Notes under the pieces: model-generated | What the model was told of the DNA's origin: nothing | What the model saw: the letters and a program-made list of their open reading frames with translations, nothing else | The model's database searches: none | DNA from: an uncultured Bacteroidales bacterium | Lineage (GTDB): Bacteria > Bacteroidota > Bacteroidia > Bacteroidales > G3-4614 | Reading direction: 5' to 3' | Assembly: GCA_949297125.1 (NCBI GenBank) | Contig: CASFRS010000020.1 | Coordinates: 84,817-148,816 of the forward strand | Length of the DNA: 64,000 bases | Part shown: one piece after another, positions 59,583-64,000 of the stretch | Position numbering within the stretch: position 1 is the stretch's first letter | Layout: the number at the start of each line of letters is the position of its first letter | Program-made: the position numbers and the translations under genes

Positions 59583-59673
59583 CTTGGGCAAAGTTTGCCC
59601 GGAACAGGCGGTAATGCCCTCCCGTGCGCCAAATTCCGGGAAACAGCATACAGGTACAATAAAACATACGGTT

Positions 59674-60813
59674 ATGAAAAGGACCATTACGGTAATATCG
59701 GCCATACTGCTTCTGGCGGCAGTAACATATCTAAGCCTGCCGCAGTATGCAAGAAAAGCGTTGATACACCTCTATCCCGATATCGACGACCTCTCGCTGT
59801 TCAGCCATACCACGGTAAGCGCCCCCGATACATGCTGGGACTGGAAAATCTCGGGGCGGTACGGGTCGGTCATGCCCGATTCGGCCGATGAAGCCTACCT
59901 CCGCCAAATGCAGACGGTGGCCTACCTTGTGATACAGGACGACAGCATAATCTACGAAGGGTACTGGGACGGTTGGACACCGGCCCATACCTCCAACATC
60001 TATTCAGCCACCAAAAGCATCGTATCGCTGCTTGTAGGCATTGCGCTCGACGAAGGGAAGATAGCCTCGCTCGACGACCCTGTCTGCAAATACATACCCG
60101 CATATAATAAGGGGTTGCAAAGCAAAGTAACGATACGCAACCTGCTGACAATGAGCGGCGGCATGGACTGGGACGAATCGTACGCCTCGCTCTTCTCCGC
60201 AACCACGCACGGATATTACGGCGACGACCTGTACCGCTTTGTAACCTCGCTCAAGGTAACCGCCCCACCCGGAGTACAATATACGTACCGCAGCGGCGAA
60301 ACGCAGCTGCTCGCATTCGTGCTCGAGGCCGCAACAGGCGAGACAATCAGCAGTTATGCCGGACGCAAGCTGTGGAAACCCCTTATGCCGTGCAGCGACG
60401 CATATTGGCTGCTCGACAAGGAAGGCGGCGATGAAAAGGCTTTCTGCTGTTTCCATACCACGGCACGCGATGCGGCGCGTTTTGCACGCCTCATGCTGCA
60501 CAAGGGCGAGTGGAACGGCCGCCGTATAATATCCCGCGAATATATGGCCGAAGCAATGTCGCCGGCATCGTACCTGAAGGACCAGTGGGGAAAGGCCCCG
60601 TTGGACTATTACGGATTCCTTGTCTGGATAATGGACTATAACGGGGCAAGGCTGCCGCTTTTCAAGGGGATGTTGGGTCAGTACATAATAGCCATACCCG
60701 ATAAAAACGCCATTGTTGTCCGTCTTGGGCACAAACGTTCCGAAAAGTACATACGCGAAACGACCGAAGACAATTACCGGTATGTAGATATCGCCATGAA
60801 AATGTTGAGGTAA
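59674..60813 (+). CDS. Serine hydrolase (beta-lactamase / PBP4-like family)
   Basis: Start trimmed to MKRTITVISAILLLAAV (signal/anchor). SxxK motif in IYSATKSIVSLL. Confidence 0.85.
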   Translation: MKRTITVISAILLLAAVTYLSLPQYARKALIHLYPDIDDLSLFSHTTVSAPDTCWDWKISGRYGSVMPDSADEAYLRQMQTVAYLVIQDDSIIYEGYWDGWTPAHTSNIYSATKSIVSLLVGIALDEGKIASLDDPVCKYIPAYNKGLQSKVTIRNLLTMSGGMDWDESYASLFSATTHGYYGDDLYRFVTSLKVTAPPGVQYTYRSGETQLLAFVLEAATGETISSYAGRKLWKPLMPCSDAYWLLDKEGGDEKAFCCFHTTARDAARFARLMLHKGEWNGRRIISREYMAEAMSPASYLKDQWGKAPLDYYGFLVWIMDYNGARLPLFKGMLGQYIIAIPDKNAIVVRLGHKRSEKYIRETTEDNYRYVDIAMKMLR

Positions 60814-60983
60814 CCCCTACCGTATACGAGGCCGCACCATTCCCGCCCTTTCAGTATTTAATATGCGGCGCGCCGTACATTGGCGTCCGGCAGGTATCAG
60901 AAATGCCGGACGAAGATGTTGTAAAACATGAATACATGTGAAAAATTTTACAATAAAAGGTTGTTTTATGAATTTTTATTGAT

Positions 60984-60991
60984 TATTTTTG
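60984..60991 (+). promoter_or_regulatory. -7 promoter box TATTTTTG upstream of the large surface-protein gene
   Basis: Exact TAnnTTTG in an AT-rich stretch ~170 nt upstream of the ATG at 61159. Confidence 0.35.
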
Positions 60992-61158
60992 CCCCCAGCA
61001 TGCTGGAAAACAGACCTTAGAATAATGGCCGGGAATTTTGCCGGTTGTATCTATCGATATGCGTAGGCAGCTTCGCTACGGATACGTATTGCAATGTCGT
61101 GAAAAATCTTGACAAATTAAATACAAACTACTCTATAAGAATAAAAGAATCTAAAAGT

Positions 61159-64000
61159 ATGAAAAAATTATTACTGACAACGCTGCTGTTTACAATGGCG
61201 GCAGCGGGAGTATCGGCTCAGGACGAAGTGTCGTATTGCGAGCCGAGCCTGACGACGACAAGGACGGACAGGTACGCAAATAACGTACAGATTGCAGGAG
61301 AGTCCCAAACGTTTACGTTTTCCGACCTCCCGTCCGCCACGACAAGGGGCATATATGAAAAACACCTCGATTTTGTAATTACATGCAGGCCGGGCGAGGT
61401 TTTGACCCCCCAAATCAATTATACCGGCAGTTGGTTGCATAAGTTCGTTTATGTAGACTGGGACAAGAACGGGACATTCAACGTAGCAGCCGGAACAGCC
61501 GGGCAAACTACCGACTGGGGCGAGCTTGTTTCGGCCAACTACATGAATGTATACAGCATGGATAATGACGGTATGGAGCAGGAGCAGACTGCCAATTCAT
61601 CGGGCTGGACATCGGCAGGTGTCGTGGCGTCCCGCGACGGGACGGCCGCGCTTCCCTCTTTTACCGTTCCTGCAGATGCTTCGGGCGACTACCGCATCCG
61701 GTTCAAACTGGACTGGTACAGTACCGACCCTTGCGGATATACGGTTGAAGGCAAGAATCATATAACGACTAACGGCGGTCAGATAATAGACCTTACGCTG
61801 AGGGTAGAGAACAAAACTGCAGCACCTGTGTTCTCACCCGCAAGTTGCGAATTCCCGGCAGGTACAACACAGGAAATAACCATAACATCGTCAACGGAAG
61901 GTGCTACCATATATTATACACTGGACGGGACAGAACCTACAGACGCATCGCAGACGATAGAGAACGGCGGAACGGTATCCGTACCTGTCGACGACTGGCG
62001 TGTAATCACTACGGTAAAGGCGTTTGCATCGGCGGCCGGAAAAGACCCCAGCAATGTAACGTCGGCAGTGTATACGGTCGAGTCGCCGTATTGCGACCTT
62101 GACGGCCTTACCGAGACGAGGACCGACAGGCCGCAAAATGAAGGCAATGACAACCGTCATGTCGATGCAATTTCGGTTACGGGAAGCAGCGTAGAGGATT
62201 TCAGCGGAAGCGGCTACGGCGATGCTGCTCACCGTCCCATATATGAAAAGCACCTCGATCAGGTAATAGTTTGCTGCCCGGGCGATGTACTGCAGCCCTC
62301 CGTAACTTATGACGGCGAATGGATGCATAAATATGTTTATGTCGATTGGGGCAAAGACGGGGTGTTCGATGTTGAGACCGGAATCGCCGGCGAAGCAACC
62401 GGTTGGGGCGACCTTGTCTCGTACAATTACATCGGGGATAAGACCTCGGCAGGCGAGGAGACCACAAATCAAGGATTGAAAAAGTTAGGCAGTTTTACTG
62501 TTCCGGCCGATGCTTCCGGCGATTATGTAATCCGCTTCAAGATTGACTGGGACGACACCGACCCCTGCGTAGGTTCCGACCGGTATACCTCTATCGCAAA
62601 TAACGGCGGTGCGGTGATAGACCTTACGTTAAGGGTGAAGGATGCGACAGCCGTACCCCAGATAGGTTTGGCAAGCGGCTCCAATATACCTAAAGGAGTA
62701 ACCGAGATATCCGTAACGAGTAGTGAAGACGGTGCTGTCATCTATTATACCACTGACGGTACGGATCCTGACGAGAACTCGGCGAAAGTGGAGAACGGCG
62801 TCATTGCATTGGACGCAACGTCTGCAGCATGGGGCGATATAATAACGGTAAAAGCTGTGGCCAAAGTAGCCGATAAGGATTTGAGCGGTGTAGCAACAGC
62901 CGAATATCGCGTATATCCATATTGCTATCTCCCCGGAAACAAGAGTACAGAGAACTGGGCTTATGTAACGACCCTTTCTACATCGAAAGGCAATTACGAT
63001 TTGAATTATACTAATGCAAATACTACTACAAATATTTCGTATTTGCAGATTATAGATGCCGCAACCTCCGGTCTCAGGGTGAAAAAAGGCGAAACTTTTG
63101 ATTTGAACTACGGATGGACAAACGCATGGTGGTCGGGATTCTCCCTCTTTATGGATAAAGGTGCGGGCAGTCTGGAAGAAATATTCTTCGGCGGATGTAT
63201 TAATACCACCGGCGATTTGTATGATGCCAACGCTACTCTGCCGGCAGAATTCAACGGTACAGGTAAAGTGTCGGTATCGGTAGCAGCAGAAGCATCATAC
63301 GGCGAATACCTGCTGCGTGCAGTTGTAGCAAATACACACGATGCATGTGCAACCGATAAAGCTCAAAAGATAATAGATGTATTCTATACGGTATGCCCGG
63401 CAATAACGGTAAATGCGGCTGAGGCAGCCCAGGGAAAAGTCAAGGTTTCGGCCGACGGCAGCGAAACCGAACTCTCCGATGCAAAAGAACTCCTTATCCC
63501 TGCCGGCAGCAAAATAATCCTTACCGCAGAGCCGGCTGAAGGGTATATTTTCAGCAAATGGGTCAATGCGGACGGAGGAGAACTCTCTACCGAAGCCACC
63601 TTTGAATATGTGTCATCGGAAGATGTAACCATAAGCGCAGAATTTGCTTCGGAAGCTCCCGTTCCCACCGAGGATAAGGAGGTTGCCGCCGATACTGAAG
63701 AGACTGGCAATGCGGCATACGTAAATGTAACGGTAAAAACCACGGTGTCAACAACTGAAGTAACGTGGACAGTAGGGGAGAACTCCGTATCGGCCCAGTC
63801 TCTCGACATAGAGATAGCAGCCGATGCCGCAACGCCTGAGATAGCCCTCAGCGGCAGCGGAACGATAACAGCCGGAACCATAAGCGTAAACCGTGCGGTC
63901 AAGGCCGGTGAATGGGCCTTTATGGCGTTGCCGTTTGCAATAAATATAGCCGATGTATTGGTCGACGGACAACCTGCCGCAGTAAATACCAATATCAAGT
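61159..64000 (+). CDS. Large secreted/surface protein (3' partial): GEVED-like and chitobiase-C-like modules duplicated in tandem, a third divergent GEVED-like domain, and an InlB-B-repeat-like domain
   Basis: My own translation shows an open frame from the ATG at 61159 to the window end (947 codons, no stop). Signal peptide MKKLLLTTLLFTMAAAGVSAQ. Absent from the ORF track, presumably because it has no stop. Confidence 0.85.
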   Translation, partial: MKKLLLTTLLFTMAAAGVSAQDEVSYCEPSLTTTRTDRYANNVQIAGESQTFTFSDLPSATTRGIYEKHLDFVITCRPGEVLTPQINYTGSWLHKFVYVDWDKNGTFNVAAGTAGQTTDWGELVSANYMNVYSMDNDGMEQEQTANSSGWTSAGVVASRDGTAALPSFTVPADASGDYRIRFKLDWYSTDPCGYTVEGKNHITTNGGQIIDLTLRVENKTAAPVFSPASCEFPAGTTQEITITSSTEGATIYYTLDGTEPTDASQTIENGGTVSVPVDDWRVITTVKAFASAAGKDPSNVTSAVYTVESPYCDLDGLTETRTDRPQNEGNDNRHVDAISVTGSSVEDFSGSGYGDAAHRPIYEKHLDQVIVCCPGDVLQPSVTYDGEWMHKYVYVDWGKDGVFDVETGIAGEATGWGDLVSYNYIGDKTSAGEETTNQGLKKLGSFTVPADASGDYVIRFKIDWDDTDPCVGSDRYTSIANNGGAVIDLTLRVKDATAVPQIGLASGSNIPKGVTEISVTSSEDGAVIYYTTDGTDPDENSAKVENGVIALDATSAAWGDIITVKAVAKVADKDLSGVATAEYRVYPYCYLPGNKSTENWAYVTTLSTSKGNYDLNYTNANTTTNISYLQIIDAATSGLRVKKGETFDLNYGWTNAWWSGFSLFMDKGAGSLEEIFFGGCINTTGDLYDANATLPAEFNGTGKVSVSVAAEASYGEYLLRAVVANTHDACATDKAQKIIDVFYTVCPAITVNAAEAAQGKVKVSADGSETELSDAKELLIPAGSKIILTAEPAEGYIFSKWVNADGGELSTEATFEYVSSEDVTISAEFASEAPVPTEDKEVAADTEETGNAAYVNVTVKTTVSTTEVTWTVGENSVSAQSLDIEIAADAATPEIALSGSGTITAGTISVNRAVKAGEWAFMALPFAINIADVLVDGQPAAVNTNIK
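61234..62916 (+). repeat. Tandem duplication (~855-nt unit x2) encoding the GEVED-like plus CHB_HEX_C-like module pair
   Basis: Unit 1 is aa 26-310 and unit 2 is aa 311-586. Shared strings: IYEKHLD, YVDW.K(N/D)G.F, FTVPADASGDY.IRFK.DW, DPC, NGG..IDLTLRV and IYYT.DGT(E/D)P. Confidence 0.8.

Noticed and set aside
61171-63998. Minus-strand and short plus-strand track ORFs in the last 3 kb: 61171-61506, 61891-62472, 63384-63998, 61547-61765 and 61845-62102.
   Set aside because: All lie inside, mostly antisense to, the 947-codon open frame starting at 61159. That frame has a signal peptide and recognisable, internally duplicated domains. The alternatives translate to low-complexity Arg/Ser/Ala-rich sequence.

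Overview
This is a 64-kb chromosomal window that looks like a Bacteroidales (Bacteroidota) genome. The evidence is gene content and synteny: rpmB-rpmG-DUF4295-ftsY-rimO, DUF4492-cydAB, DUF3575, an SPT-like gene and a mutL/OstA-like/surA/ppiD/guaB block. TAnnTTTG -7 promoter boxes also sit upstream of many genes.

Most of the window is housekeeping. It includes tamB, tsaD, cinA, the menFDBCE menaquinone operon, secG/lptE with a sigma-54 activator, cytochrome bd, methylmalonyl-CoA mutase mutAB, mutL, guaB, and pitA with its DUF47 partner. I found no rRNA, tRNA, CRISPR array or mobile element.

Observations worth a second look:
1. A self-contained three-gene outer-membrane locus at 27.8-33.4 kb. 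Its last gene encodes a 959-aa secreted protein made of five tandem copies of an 8-strand beta-barrel-like module.
2. A ttcA-like tRNA thiolase gene interrupted by an in-frame TGA where the third Fe-S cysteine ligand is expected. The frame stays open and protein-like for 49 more codons.
3. A large secreted protein that runs off the 3' end (61159 onward) and is absent from the supplied ORF track. It contains duplicated GEVED-like plus chitobiase-C-like modules.
4. Two overlapping orphan FdtA/WxcM cupin genes whose conserved motifs have decayed at different positions.
5. An array of GGATTGCAATCC-type palindromes upstream of a serine hydrolase gene.
6. Several GC-rich, ORF-free intergenic blocks.

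All functional calls rest on motif recognition by eye. No database search was run.
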